Assembly: GCA_038060895.1 (NCBI GenBank)
Contig: JBBTCT010000012.1
Coordinates: 62,200-126,199, forward strand
Length of the DNA: 64,000 bases
Direction: 5' to 3'
Source of the DNA: Planctomycetota bacterium
Lineage (GTDB): Bacteria > Planctomycetota > MHYJ01 > WSZJ01
Shown here one piece after another: positions 19,234-28,812 of this stretch. The notes beneath the pieces are model-generated. The model searched no databases. It was given only the letters and a program-made list of their open reading frames with translations, and had not been told where the DNA came from. Numbering within the stretch: the first letter of the stretch is position 1; every line of letters begins with the position of its first letter. A program made the position numbers and the translations under genes.

Positions 19234-20241
19234 ATGCGCCGTCTCCCCCTCGCTGCCTTCGCCGTCCTGCTCGCGGCCTGTTCCTCGGATCCCCCTCCCC
19301 CGCGGCCCACGCGCAACGTGGCCGCGCTCGAAATCGCGATCCGGCACGCCTCCGACTGGCTCGCGCGGCAGCAGCGCCCGGACGGAAGCTGGGCGAGCGG
19401 GACGTACGGCTTCATGAAGAGCGGACAGTCGATGACGCCCTTCGTGGGGCGGACGATGAGGCTGGCGGACCGGCCGGTGGAAGCGGAGCGGGCGGTGAAG
19501 TGGATCCGGGCGCACGCGGGGCCGGACGGGTCGCTGGGAAATGAAGGAGAGACGGCGGATTACCCGTCATACGCGACGGCGCTGGCCCTGGGACTGGACG
19601 CGACGATCCCGGGGGCGCGGCGCTACCTTGTTTCCTGCCAGGTGACGAAAGCCGATCACACCGAGCGCGGCGGATTCGCCTTCGGCGCGCGGGCCGCGGA
19701 ACTCGCAGACGCGCCGCACACCGCGGAGATCTCGCGCACGGCCTGGGTGGCGGAAGCGCTGGGCGCGTTCCCGGGGGCGCCTGCGGCGATCGATTTCGTC
19801 ACGAGGTGCCAGTCGGCGGACGGAGGTTTTTATTTCACGCCGGCCGGCGACGGCAACAAGGCCGGCCCCGGCCGTAGTTACGGAAGCGCCACCTGCGACG
19901 GGATCCGCGCCCTGCGGCGCTTCGGCGTCGCCGCGGACGACGAGCGCATCCAGCGGGGGCTGGCCTGGCTGGAGGCCCACGAAGCGTACGACCGCAACCC
20001 GGGATTCACCGGCGAAGGGCGGCACTGGGAGACTGGAATCTGGTACTACTACCTTGCTGCCCTCGCCACGGTCCACGCCGACCTCGGCGGCCCGCAGGGC
20101 TGGCGCGACCGGCTCGCCGCCGAACTCCTGAAACGGCAGCGCGAGGACGGGTCATTCGCGAATGGCAACGCCACGATGCGCGAAGACGACCCCCTGATTG
20201 CGACGGCTCTGGCGCTCGAGGCCCTGGTGAAGTGCCGCTGA
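19234..20241 (+). CDS. lipoprotein with prenyltransferase/squalene-cyclase repeats
   Basis: Lipobox LAAC; QQRPDGSW, CQSADGGFYF, SYGSAT, QREDGSF. Confidence 0.8.
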   Translation: MRRLPLAAFAVLLAACSSDPPPPRPTRNVAALEIAIRHASDWLARQQRPDGSWASGTYGFMKSGQSMTPFVGRTMRLADRPVEAERAVKWIRAHAGPDGSLGNEGETADYPSYATALALGLDATIPGARRYLVSCQVTKADHTERGGFAFGARAAELADAPHTAEISRTAWVAEALGAFPGAPAAIDFVTRCQSADGGFYFTPAGDGNKAGPGRSYGSATCDGIRALRRFGVAADDERIQRGLAWLEAHEAYDRNPGFTGEGRHWETGIWYYYLAALATVHADLGGPQGWRDRLAAELLKRQREDGSFANGNATMREDDPLIATALALEALVKCR

Positions 20242-20248
20242 GAAGTGT

Positions 20249-21040
20249 TCAGGCTTTCTTCGCTTCGTTCCAGAGCGCATCCATCTCCTCGAGCGTTGCG
20301 GTCTCCGGCTGCTTCCCCTTCTCCCGTAGCTTCGCCTCGACGTAGCGGAACCGCTTCACGAACTTCTCGTTCGTCCTGCGCAGCGCGCCCTCCGGATCGA
20401 CGCTCAGCTGCCGGGCGACATTGGCCAGCGTGAAGAGGATGTCGCCCAGTTCGTCTTCGACCCGGGCCGGATCGCCGCCTTTCGCCGCCTCCTTGAATTC
20501 GCCGACTTCCTCGTCGAGTTTCGCCAGGACACCGGAGAGGTCGGGCCACTCGAAGCCGACGCGGGCGGCCTTGGAGGAGAGGCGGAACGCCTTCGCCAGC
20601 GCGGGCAGCCCGTCGGGGACTCCGTCGAGGACGCTGGCTTTCTTCTTTTCGCGCTCAAGGGATTTCAGTCGCTCCCAGTTGCGGAGGGCTTCTTCGGGCG
20701 AAGCGACTTTCTCGTTCCCGAAGACCCAGGGGTGGCGGCGGGTGAGCTTGTCGGCGATGCCGTCGATGACGCCTGAGAGATCGAAGGCGCCCCGGCGGTG
20801 GAACAGTTCAGAGAGGAAGACGATCTGGTAGAGCAGGTCGCCGAGCTCTTCCTTCAGGTTCGGCGCGTCGCACGCGTCGAGCGCCGCGAGGGCCTCATGG
20901 GTTTCCTCGAGGAGGAACGCGCGAAGCGTGTCGGCCGTCTGGGCGCGGTCCCAGGGGCAGCCGCCGTCGCCGAGGAGGGATCGCATCACGTCGATGAGGC
21001 GGCGCAGGGAAACCGCCGGATCGCGGGGAAGAGGAGTCAC
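20249..21040 (-). CDS. mazG: nucleoside triphosphate pyrophosphohydrolase MazG
   Basis: GCPWDRAQT, EELGDLLYQIVF, KLTRRHP, DELGDILF, KFVKRF. Confidence 0.95.
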   Translation of the reverse strand: MTPLPRDPAVSLRRLIDVMRSLLGDGGCPWDRAQTADTLRAFLLEETHEALAALDACDAPNLKEELGDLLYQIVFLSELFHRRGAFDLSGVIDGIADKLTRRHPWVFGNEKVASPEEALRNWERLKSLEREKKKASVLDGVPDGLPALAKAFRLSSKAARVGFEWPDLSGVLAKLDEEVGEFKEAAKGGDPARVEDELGDILFTLANVARQLSVDPEGALRRTNEKFVKRFRYVEAKLREKGKQPETATLEEMDALWNEAKKA

Positions 21041-23511
21041 CGCTTCTCGACTTTGACGCGCCTGCAGCCGATCGCGTCTTCTTTCCCGTCCCCTGCATAC
21101 ACCTTTACCAGATAGTCCCCCTCCGGAATCTCCGCGGGCACCTTCACCTCGGTCTTGAAGTTGCCGCCCTTCATCTCCACCTCGACCCGCAGCGCGACCG
21201 CCTCATTCATCCGCTTCCAGTTCCGCTTCATCGCTTCCTCGGCCCCTTCTGCCTTGGCGTCGATTTTCTCCACCGGCTCGATCGATTTCAGCCGCGCCGC
21301 CTCCAGCGTCACGATCGCGGTCCCGTCGCCCAGTTCGCAACTGCCCTCGACCTCCAGGACGACGCCGGGTTTCGACTCCTTCGCGCATTCGACCTTCATT
21401 TTGCCGGGCCAGGGAATGCGCGTGGCCGGATCTCCGAAGAGGTTATAGGCCAGGCTTCCGTCCAGGCGGTAGCGCTCCTGGGCGTCGAGTCCGCCGACCG
21501 CGCCGGCGGCCATGCCGTCGATGAAGAGTCGCATCGCATCGCCTTCGGCGGGCTTGAGGCACCGGCGCTTGGCGGCGAGCACGCCCTGGCCGATCGTCGG
21601 CGCCCGCTTCGCAAACATCACGGTCATGAGTTCCTTCGCGAAGATTATGTCGGCGTACGGGTGGGAGATGGCGGAGGAACCAATCGCGGCGACGGGGCCG
21701 CCGGGATTGCGCACGAGCGCCTCGCAGAGGCAGTCTTCCTTTTCGTCGAAGGAGCCTGTGAGGCAGGCGAAGAGAAAGGCCATCGGCAGGCCGTTTTTCG
21801 AGTCGAAGTTTTTCGCCAGCCCGACGTCCAGGATCGGGTAGCGCTTGCCGTCCCACTTCAGCGACTGGAGACCGTGCTCCCAGCCGTGGCCGCTGTAGGC
21901 GAAGACCATGCAGCCGTCGTTGACGCGCTGCGTCAAAAAAGCGTTGTAGTCGCGCGGCGGGTAGGTGAAGGGCAGGTCGAGTTCCAGCGTCGATTGCACG
22001 CGGAACGCGTACGAGTCAGGAACCAGGTCCCCCGCAATCTTCATCCCGCCCGACTTCAGCATGTTGTCCATCCCGTCCCCGAATCCGGCTGTCCCGAGCA
22101 CGAGATGCACGTTCCGCCGCCACTCGCCGGGCGCCGAGTCCTCGAAGCGCTTCACTTTCGCCAGCAGCGCCCCCGCTTCCTCTGCAGTCCGCGCCGGCCA
22201 TCGACCGACCGCGAGGTCGGGGAGTTCGTCGTCGTCCACGCGCGCGTACCAGCCGTCGGTTGCCGTCCAGCCCGCGCCGAGGGCGTCGCGCGCGCCGGCC
22301 GGGATCCCGGTGTGACTGCCGCGCTCCGCGTCGCCGGCCAGCAGCACGAATTTCAGCTTCGGCTCGGGCCACGCGGTCGCGGCGTGCCGGATGAAGCGGG
22401 CGATCGCGTCATGAGCGGGGAGATCCCCACCCCCGGCCGCAATCGCTTCCTCGACGCTGACGAACTCCGCGGACAATCCCTGTTCGCGGCGCCTGTTGAC
22501 GAGCGGCGCGAGGGATTCGCGGAAAGCCGCGGGCGCGATGACGATCCACTCGACGCCTTTTTCAGGATCGCGCGCTGCGGTGACACACGTCACCGCCTTG
22601 GGACGAATGAGGGCTCCCTTTGCGGCCGCGAAGACCGGTCCGTCGACCGCCAGCGCGTCGCCCTGGTCCTTCAGGCGCTTCTTGAGAAGCATCGAGAATA
22701 CGTACTCGAGCCGAACGCCCTTGAGGTCGCGCAGATACGCGGCCTGGGTGAGCTCGCCGATCCACGACGCCTGCGCAGAATCGATGACGCGCGGGCCGTC
22801 GATCTCGATCCAATCGAGGTAGAGCGGCCCCTCGCCCATCGGGCCGCTGGCGATGACGCGGGGAGAAGGACCGTCCTTTGTGCGGAACTCAAGTGTCTGC
22901 GGCTTGCCGCCGGAGACCGCTTCAACCCGGAACTCTGCTGTATGGGCCGCTCCGCCTTCCCAGTTTGCGTCCGCCAACTTGTGACCGTTCCACCAGAGCT
23001 CCACCGCGTGGGGAACTTTCGGCGTCCTCATCGGCTGGAAACGGACCCTCACGGTTACGGTTTTGCGCCATTCGCTCCAGGGGATCTCCAGCTTCGCGCC
23101 GTCCGTGACCGGCATCCAAAACCATCCGTCTCCGCCCCCGTCCATCAGCCTCATCGTCACCGACTCGAGACGGTCAAAAACCAGGTTTTTCTCGAGCCGC
23201 TCCACCGACCGAGGCACACGGGTACGGGGCGAATCCTGGTGTGAGAGGATCGTGCCTCCGTACAGCCCGCCACCTTCCGGGACCAGGCGAACGACTCCCG
23301 CATGCGGCACCGGCAGGATGACGAGATCTCCTTCGATGCTCCACGGAAGCTCTTCTCCGTCCTGCGTCGCGAGCATGGTCTCGTGGCCTTGGTGCCCGAA
23401 GGGAATGTCCTTGAGCGGGATAGCGGCGACGCCAGCACGGTCGAATGTCGCCTCAACGGGGTCAGCGAAGACGGCCGTCGAGAGGCTCAAGGCGAGCAGG
23501 ATGCGTTTCAT
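21037..23511 (-). CDS. secreted C25 (gingipain-family) cysteine peptidase
   Basis: FVLLAGD, ATDGWY, PDLAVGRWP, catalytic YSGHG and FACLTG, YNLFGDP; ATG 23511 begins a signal peptide. Confidence 0.85.
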   Translation of the reverse strand: MKRILLALSLSTAVFADPVEATFDRAGVAAIPLKDIPFGHQGHETMLATQDGEELPWSIEGDLVILPVPHAGVVRLVPEGGGLYGGTILSHQDSPRTRVPRSVERLEKNLVFDRLESVTMRLMDGGGDGWFWMPVTDGAKLEIPWSEWRKTVTVRVRFQPMRTPKVPHAVELWWNGHKLADANWEGGAAHTAEFRVEAVSGGKPQTLEFRTKDGPSPRVIASGPMGEGPLYLDWIEIDGPRVIDSAQASWIGELTQAAYLRDLKGVRLEYVFSMLLKKRLKDQGDALAVDGPVFAAAKGALIRPKAVTCVTAARDPEKGVEWIVIAPAAFRESLAPLVNRRREQGLSAEFVSVEEAIAAGGGDLPAHDAIARFIRHAATAWPEPKLKFVLLAGDAERGSHTGIPAGARDALGAGWTATDGWYARVDDDELPDLAVGRWPARTAEEAGALLAKVKRFEDSAPGEWRRNVHLVLGTAGFGDGMDNMLKSGGMKIAGDLVPDSYAFRVQSTLELDLPFTYPPRDYNAFLTQRVNDGCMVFAYSGHGWEHGLQSLKWDGKRYPILDVGLAKNFDSKNGLPMAFLFACLTGSFDEKEDCLCEALVRNPGGPVAAIGSSAISHPYADIIFAKELMTVMFAKRAPTIGQGVLAAKRRCLKPAEGDAMRLFIDGMAAGAVGGLDAQERYRLDGSLAYNLFGDPATRIPWPGKMKVECAKESKPGVVLEVEGSCELGDGTAIVTLEAARLKSIEPVEKIDAKAEGAEEAMKRNWKRMNEAVALRVEVEMKGGNFKTEVKVPAEIPEGDYLVKVYAGDGKEDAIGCRRVKVEKR

Positions 23512-23568
23512 TGAGAAGATGATACGGAAGCGCGACGTCGGCGTCAGTGAACAGTGCAAGATTGAGCT

Positions 23569-24432
23569 TCAGCGCGTGACCTTGAGATTGTCGAACGTCG
23601 CTTCCGACGTCCAGCAGCCGAACCCGATGCGTCCTGCGTCGGCGGGCACGTTCGCTTCGCCGACAAATGTGCCGTCGATCCAGACCTTGACCTGCGAGCC
23701 GTTTACTTCGAGTTTCGCGTGCACCGCCTTTCCCGCCACGGTCGGGACTTGCCAATTCGCGACGGCGGTGTTCTTCCAGTCCGGGTTCGCGTAGACGCCG
23801 GCGATACCCGGCGTGAGCCAGAGCGCCGCCGCGTTTGACGCGTCCTCGCTGTGGAACATGATGGCGGCCCAGCTGCCGCAGGTCACATCGGCCTCGATCG
23901 TGAACTCGCCATCGAATGTCGGCGCGAGCAGGATCATGTCCCCGCCCATCGGGGTGGGCTTCACCTTCAACACTCCGCCAGCAACCTCCCACACGCTCGC
24001 CCCGGTCGGCGCCCAGCCTCCGAGCTTTCCGTCCGAGAAATCGCAGGTGAGGTCTCTCCCCGGCCGTCGGAATCGCGCACCCTTCAGGTCCGCAGCCGGG
24101 ATCTCGAGAACCCCGTAGCCGGTGTCGATCTCGAAGTCGGGCATGTCCGTCGTCCACCCCTCCACGACGCCCTCCGAAGTCACCACGCGGTCCGCTTCCT
24201 CCCTTTTCACGACACCGATCGAGAGCGACCAGGTGTCGTCGAAGGAAACTGTTTTCTTCCCGCCCTTCACTTTGAGCGTGACCTCGCGCGGCGCCCTGAG
24301 CATTCCCTTGATGACCGAACCGTTCTGAAGCCGCAGCTCGCAGGTCTCGCCGTCGGGCCTTTTCTCGGGCCCATCGGAGAAGCAGACGGAAGCGAAGACC
24401 AGCAGAACTGCGGCGATGGCGAACCGAGGCAT
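23569..24432 (-). CDS. secreted protein with C-terminal concanavalin/DUF1080-like beta-sandwich
   Basis: Signal peptide; WEVAGGVL, FTIEADV, VKVWIDG, GRIGF, FDNLKV. Confidence 0.65.
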   Translation of the reverse strand: MPRFAIAAVLLVFASVCFSDGPEKRPDGETCELRLQNGSVIKGMLRAPREVTLKVKGGKKTVSFDDTWSLSIGVVKREEADRVVTSEGVVEGWTTDMPDFEIDTGYGVLEIPAADLKGARFRRPGRDLTCDFSDGKLGGWAPTGASVWEVAGGVLKVKPTPMGGDMILLAPTFDGEFTIEADVTCGSWAAIMFHSEDASNAAALWLTPGIAGVYANPDWKNTAVANWQVPTVAGKAVHAKLEVNGSQVKVWIDGTFVGEANVPADAGRIGFGCWTSEATFDNLKVTR

Positions 24433-24591
24433 GGGAACAGGCTCCGAATCAGGACAATCCCTGTTCTCCTTGGACGCCGCGCATGCTTCATGGTTCCACA
24501 CGCGTTTCTGCCAGCCTCTGCCAGCCTATTTCTAAACCTGCCGGAACTCGCGTGTTATCCTTTCCAGGTCCCTCCACGCGGAGAAATCGAC

Positions 24592-25809
24592 GTGGCTACG
24601 AAGGAAGAAGTCGAGCTCGCGGTCAAGGCCATCAAGGCCGGCTTCCTCACCAAGGAACAGCTCGGCCCGGCCATGATGCGCCAGGACGCGTTGGCCAAGG
24701 CCGGGACTCCGGCCAGGCTCTTCAATATTCTCGTCGAACTGAAGGCGATGACGCCGCAGCAGTACCAGCTTCTCGTTGGCGAAGTCGGCGGCCCGGCGAC
24801 GAAGTCGATGCCGGCCGACCCGGTCCCCGGGTTCAAGATCACGGGGAAACTCGGCACCGGCGGCATGGCGCTCGTCTACCGCGCAACCGACACGATGGAA
24901 GGCGACCAGGTCGCGCTCAAGGTCATGAAACCCGCGCACATGGCCAACCCGCGCTTCGTGGCGCAATTCCACCGCGAAGCGGACCTGCTGGAGAAATACG
25001 ATCACCCGCACCTCGTAAAGGGATTCCAGCACGGCAAGGTGAACGGAATCGAGTACTTCGCGATGGAGATGGTGGACGGGCCGTCGATGCGCGAGATCGT
25101 CGAAAAAGAAGGGCCGCTGACGGAAGACCGCGCGCTGAAGTACACGATCCAGGTGGCGGAAGCGGTGCAGTACACGCACAAGCAGGGGATCGTGCACCGC
25201 GACATCAAGCCGGAAAACATCCTGCTCGACCCGGAGGACAACGTGAAGCTGATCGACCTGGGCTTCGCGAAGCCGATCGGCTCGCAGGAAGAGCCGGAAG
25301 GCACGACGTCCGGAACGCCGCAGTACATGTCGCCGGAGCAGGCGCAGGGGCAGGCGTCGATCGACGTCCGCAGCGACCTCTACTCGCTCGGCGCAACTCT
25401 CTACCACATGGTGCTCGGGGACGTGCCCTTCAAGGGCGGCGACAATATGGAAGTCATGGCCGCCCAGGTCCTGAACGAGCTTCAGTCCAGTGAAACGAAG
25501 GGCGGCAAGATCTCGAAGATGATGCACTACTTCCTCGAGCGCGCGATGGCGAAGGACAAGGAAATCCGCTACCAGACGCCAAAGGAGATGATCGACGACA
25601 TGAAAGCGCAGTGGGAGGGGATGAAGTCGCTCGAGTTCAACCCCGACGCCGTCGAGCGGCGCAATATCGATCCGGACCGCGAGGCCAAGCCGCCGCCCCG
25701 CGGAACAACCCGACCGCCCCAGGCCAAGGGCAACACCTCGATCTCCGACCGCCTGCGCCGCAACAACCCCCCCACGGGGCGCTTCGGCCGGCCTTTCCGC
25801 AAGGACTAG
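24592..25809 (+). CDS. Hanks-type Ser/Thr protein kinase (cytoplasmic)
   Basis: LGTGGMALVY, VALK, HRDIKPEN, DLG, GTPQYMSPEQ, SDLYSLG; GTG start after GGAG. Confidence 0.9.
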   Translation: MATKEEVELAVKAIKAGFLTKEQLGPAMMRQDALAKAGTPARLFNILVELKAMTPQQYQLLVGEVGGPATKSMPADPVPGFKITGKLGTGGMALVYRATDTMEGDQVALKVMKPAHMANPRFVAQFHREADLLEKYDHPHLVKGFQHGKVNGIEYFAMEMVDGPSMREIVEKEGPLTEDRALKYTIQVAEAVQYTHKQGIVHRDIKPENILLDPEDNVKLIDLGFAKPIGSQEEPEGTTSGTPQYMSPEQAQGQASIDVRSDLYSLGATLYHMVLGDVPFKGGDNMEVMAAQVLNELQSSETKGGKISKMMHYFLERAMAKDKEIRYQTPKEMIDDMKAQWEGMKSLEFNPDAVERRNIDPDREAKPPPRGTTRPPQAKGNTSISDRLRRNNPPTGRFGRPFRKD

Positions 25810-25817
25810 CCCGCGTC

Positions 25818-26486
25818 ATGCCCGATAAACCCCTCACCGAGCGTCGCGCGTTCGACGCGCGCGTAGAGAATCCCTGGAACGACGAGCAGGTGTCGCAGGA
25901 CACCGGCTTCTTCGGCCTTCGCAAGGGCAAGAAGAAGATGGAGAAACTCGTCGAGAGCGTCTCCAAGGCGCTGACAGCGGCGGGCCTCGAGGCGCCGTGG
26001 TGGCCGGAGGTGAAAGGCGCGAAGCCGGCGGCGCACATCCGGATCGACCGGATGGGGGTGTTGAAGGACCTGAAGCACTACGCGGCGGAGCTGGAGGGAA
26101 CGGATGTCGCGGAAGTGATGAAGGGCAAGGGGGTGCCTACGCAGTTCCCGAATCTGCTGCGCCATCGCGAAAAGAACGCGTACTACTGGCCGGTGGATTT
26201 CGTGGAGCCGATGTGGATCAACGTTGACGGCGAGGAATCGGTGCCGGTCGGCTCGAGCGGAGGGCTGCTGAAGGAACTCGACAAGGTGAACGAGATGCTG
26301 AAGGTCGAGAAAACGTTCCGGATGCAGAAGATGGTGGATTACATGGATGCGGATGAGCGGGAGATCGCGAAGATCGAGACGTACATGGATGTGAGCGGGA
26401 AGTTCTGGCTGAAGTTCGGGTTTCTTGTGATGCGCAAGCTGGCGCAGAAAAGCGTCGAGACGAATCTGCCGATTGTATTCGGGTAA
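25818..26486 (+). CDS. hypothetical protein
   Basis: Coding-like ORF starting 8 nt after the kinase stop. Confidence 0.7.
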   Translation: MPDKPLTERRAFDARVENPWNDEQVSQDTGFFGLRKGKKKMEKLVESVSKALTAAGLEAPWWPEVKGAKPAAHIRIDRMGVLKDLKHYAAELEGTDVAEVMKGKGVPTQFPNLLRHREKNAYYWPVDFVEPMWINVDGEESVPVGSSGGLLKELDKVNEMLKVEKTFRMQKMVDYMDADEREIAKIETYMDVSGKFWLKFGFLVMRKLAQKSVETNLPIVFG

Positions 26487-26749
26487 CGAGTTGCGGGTTG
26501 GGAGTTGCGAGCGGTTGAGGGGTTTGGAGTTGCGAGTTCCGGAAGTTGTGTTCCGGGTTCCGAGTTCCGCGTGGGGTTTGGAGTTGTCGGTTCGGGGATT
26601 TCAGCGAGCGAGGACGCGCGCGGGGCGACAACTCGAAACACACAACCCCGAACCCCACCCGGAACGCGGAACTCCGAACCCGGAACACAACTTCCGGAAC
26701 TCCAAACTCGAAACACCCCGACAACCCGAAACCAGCAACCCGCAACTCA
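26487..26749. repeat. about 260-bp imperfect inverted repeat built from heptamers (CGAGTTG/CGGGTTC family)
   Basis: Arms 26534-26572 and 26664-26702 are near-perfect reverse complements; outer GAGTTGCGGGTTG/CAACCCGCAACTC; fills the gap between convergent genes. Confidence 0.9.
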
Positions 26750-27781
26750 GCGCTGTTCGCGCGACTCGAGCAGTTTCTTACCGATAGCTTTCACTTCGAG
26801 CACTTTGAGAAGTCGCGCGATCATCTCTTCCGCAACCGCCGGCGCGCCCGCCCCCCCGCTGATCACCGTAATCCGCCCTCCCGCCATCGTCTCGTGCCCT
26901 CCCGCCGTCCCTCGCTTCCCAACCACCCGCTGCGCAATCGCCCCGGCGTTCAGCCCGCCTTCGGTCGTCCGCAGCGAGAACACCACCTGCCCGTTGTGGT
27001 ACCCGCAGACGATGCTCCAGTGCACTTCCTCCAGCCGCAGCAGCATGTCCGCGATCTCCGGGATCATGTCCGGGTTGTGCACCGCCCCCACCGGACACGC
27101 CGCGACGCTCCCGTAAAGCGTCGTCGCCCCAATCCCGCGGTGCCACACCTCAAAATAGTCCACCGCGATCCGCGCCCGCTCGATCCCGCCGACCAGCTCC
27201 AGGTCCGCAATCGGGAACAACTCCATGTACGCATCCACGTCCGCCTTCGACGCTTCACGCCCCAGCTCCTGCGTCTCCGTCCGGATCGCGTAGAACATCA
27301 GCGTCGCCAGCGGCCCCGGGATCTCGACCTCCGCCTGCGTCAGGTACTCCACCACCATCGTGCAAGTCGCGCCGTAGTTGGTCCTCACGTCGATGAACGG
27401 CACCGCTTTGGTCGCCTTCCGGATCCCGTGATGGTCGATCACCGCGTCGGGAACGCGGTCGTGCGGAAGCGAGTTGTTCCCGCCTCGCGGCTGCGTATCG
27501 ACGAGAACCACGCGCGGATACTCGGAAAACTCGATCTGGTCGACGTGCCGGAGCCGCAGCCCCAGTTTTTCTATCAGCGCTTTATTGGAAGCGCGCCCGA
27601 TGACGCCGCCGTACGCGACCGTGGCCTTGACCCCCGCCACCCGCTCGAACAGGTGCCGCAGCCCCCACGCGCTCGCAAAACAGTCCGGGTCCGGGTTGTC
27701 GTGCATCAGGATCAGCACCGGCCCCGGCGACAGCGCGTCCATCAATTTGCGCAGGCGCGAGTCGGCGGTGCGGACAGGCAA
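26747..27781 (-). CDS. DHH/DHHA1 family phosphoesterase
   Basis: HDNPDPD, VDT, IDHH, AGGHETMAGG; TTG 27781 after GGAG. Confidence 0.85.
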   Translation of the reverse strand: MPVRTADSRLRKLMDALSPGPVLILMHDNPDPDCFASAWGLRHLFERVAGVKATVAYGGVIGRASNKALIEKLGLRLRHVDQIEFSEYPRVVLVDTQPRGGNNSLPHDRVPDAVIDHHGIRKATKAVPFIDVRTNYGATCTMVVEYLTQAEVEIPGPLATLMFYAIRTETQELGREASKADVDAYMELFPIADLELVGGIERARIAVDYFEVWHRGIGATTLYGSVAACPVGAVHNPDMIPEIADMLLRLEEVHWSIVCGYHNGQVVFSLRTTEGGLNAGAIAQRVVGKRGTAGGHETMAGGRITVISGGAGAPAVAEEMIARLLKVLEVKAIGKKLLESREQR

Positions 27782-27924
27782 GGTGAGGGCTCCCCGGGGG
27801 TGAGGCGAAATTCTATGCTCGGCGGGGGGAAGAAGGGAACAACAGGCTGCGTCCGTGCGGCGGAGACTCCAACCCGGCATTTCTGCGTGACCCCCTTTCC
27901 CGCCCGCGCTATCCTCGTTCCCTG

Positions 27925-28812
27925 ATGTCCCTCAAACCCAGCTGGCTCAAGGTCAAGGCCCCCGGCGGCGAGACGCACGCGCGGCTGAAGAAGCTGCTGC
28001 GGGAGAACGACCTGCACACCGTGTGCGAGGAAGCCAACTGCCCGAACATCGGGGAGTGCTGGGGAAGCGGGACGGCGACGTTTATGCTGCTGGGAAGCGT
28101 GTGCACGCGGGGCTGCAAATTCTGCAACGTGCAGACGGGCAATCCCAAGGGCCTGATCGACGAGCGGGAGCCCGAGAAAACGGCGGCGGCGATCGCTTCG
28201 CTCGGCCTCGAGTACATCGTCATGACCATGGTCAACCGGGACGACCTGCCGGACCAGGGCGCTGGGCATGTGGCGCGCACAATCCGGCTGATCAAAATCG
28301 CGGCGCCGGCGCTTCTCCTCGAAACGCTCGTCGGCGACTTCCGCGGCGACCTTTCCTGCGTCGAGGCCGTCGTCGATTCCTCGCCTCACGTGTTCGCGCA
28401 CAACATCGAGACCACCGAGCCGCTTCAGCGCCGCGTCCGCGACCCGCGTGCCGGGTACGCGCAGTCGCTGGCCGTGCTCGAGCACGCGAAAAAGCTCGCG
28501 CCGGAACGTTTCACCAAGTCGTCGATCATGATGGGCCTCGGGGAAACGGATGCGGACCTGGAAAAGTGTTTCCGCGACCTGCGCGGGGTCGGCGTCGATT
28601 TCCTGACGCTCGGCCAGTATCTCCAGCCGTCGGCCGCGCACCTCCCCGTCGAGAAGTTCGTGACGCCGATGGAGTTCGACGAGTGGCGCGAGCGCGCGCT
28701 CTCGGCCGGGTTCAAGTACGTCGCCAGCGGGCCATTGGTCCGCTCGAGCTACAAGGCCGGTGAGTTCTACCTGTCGAGCCTGATTCGCGAAGGCTCGGGA
28801 GAAAAGAAATGA
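27925..28812 (+). CDS. lipA: lipoyl synthase
   Basis: CEEANCPNIGEC, CTRGCKFC, GQYLQP, LVRSSY. Confidence 0.97.
   Translation: MSLKPSWLKVKAPGGETHARLKKLLRENDLHTVCEEANCPNIGECWGSGTATFMLLGSVCTRGCKFCNVQTGNPKGLIDEREPEKTAAAIASLGLEYIVMTMVNRDDLPDQGAGHVARTIRLIKIAAPALLLETLVGDFRGDLSCVEAVVDSSPHVFAHNIETTEPLQRRVRDPRAGYAQSLAVLEHAKKLAPERFTKSSIMMGLGETDADLEKCFRDLRGVGVDFLTLGQYLQPSAAHLPVEKFVTPMEFDEWRERALSAGFKYVASGPLVRSSYKAGEFYLSSLIREGSGEKK

Noticed and set aside
23851-24591. Long N-terminal extensions given by the ORF track (kinase from 23851; also 3636, 34506, 58507, 61296)
   Set aside because: They overlap neighbouring genes or repeats; downstream starts with an RBS or stop/start coupling fit better.
26487-26749. 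CRISPR array or coding ORFs in the repeat region
   Set aside because: Units are contiguous degenerate 7-mers in inverted arms with no spacers and no cas genes; the ORFs are repeat translations.
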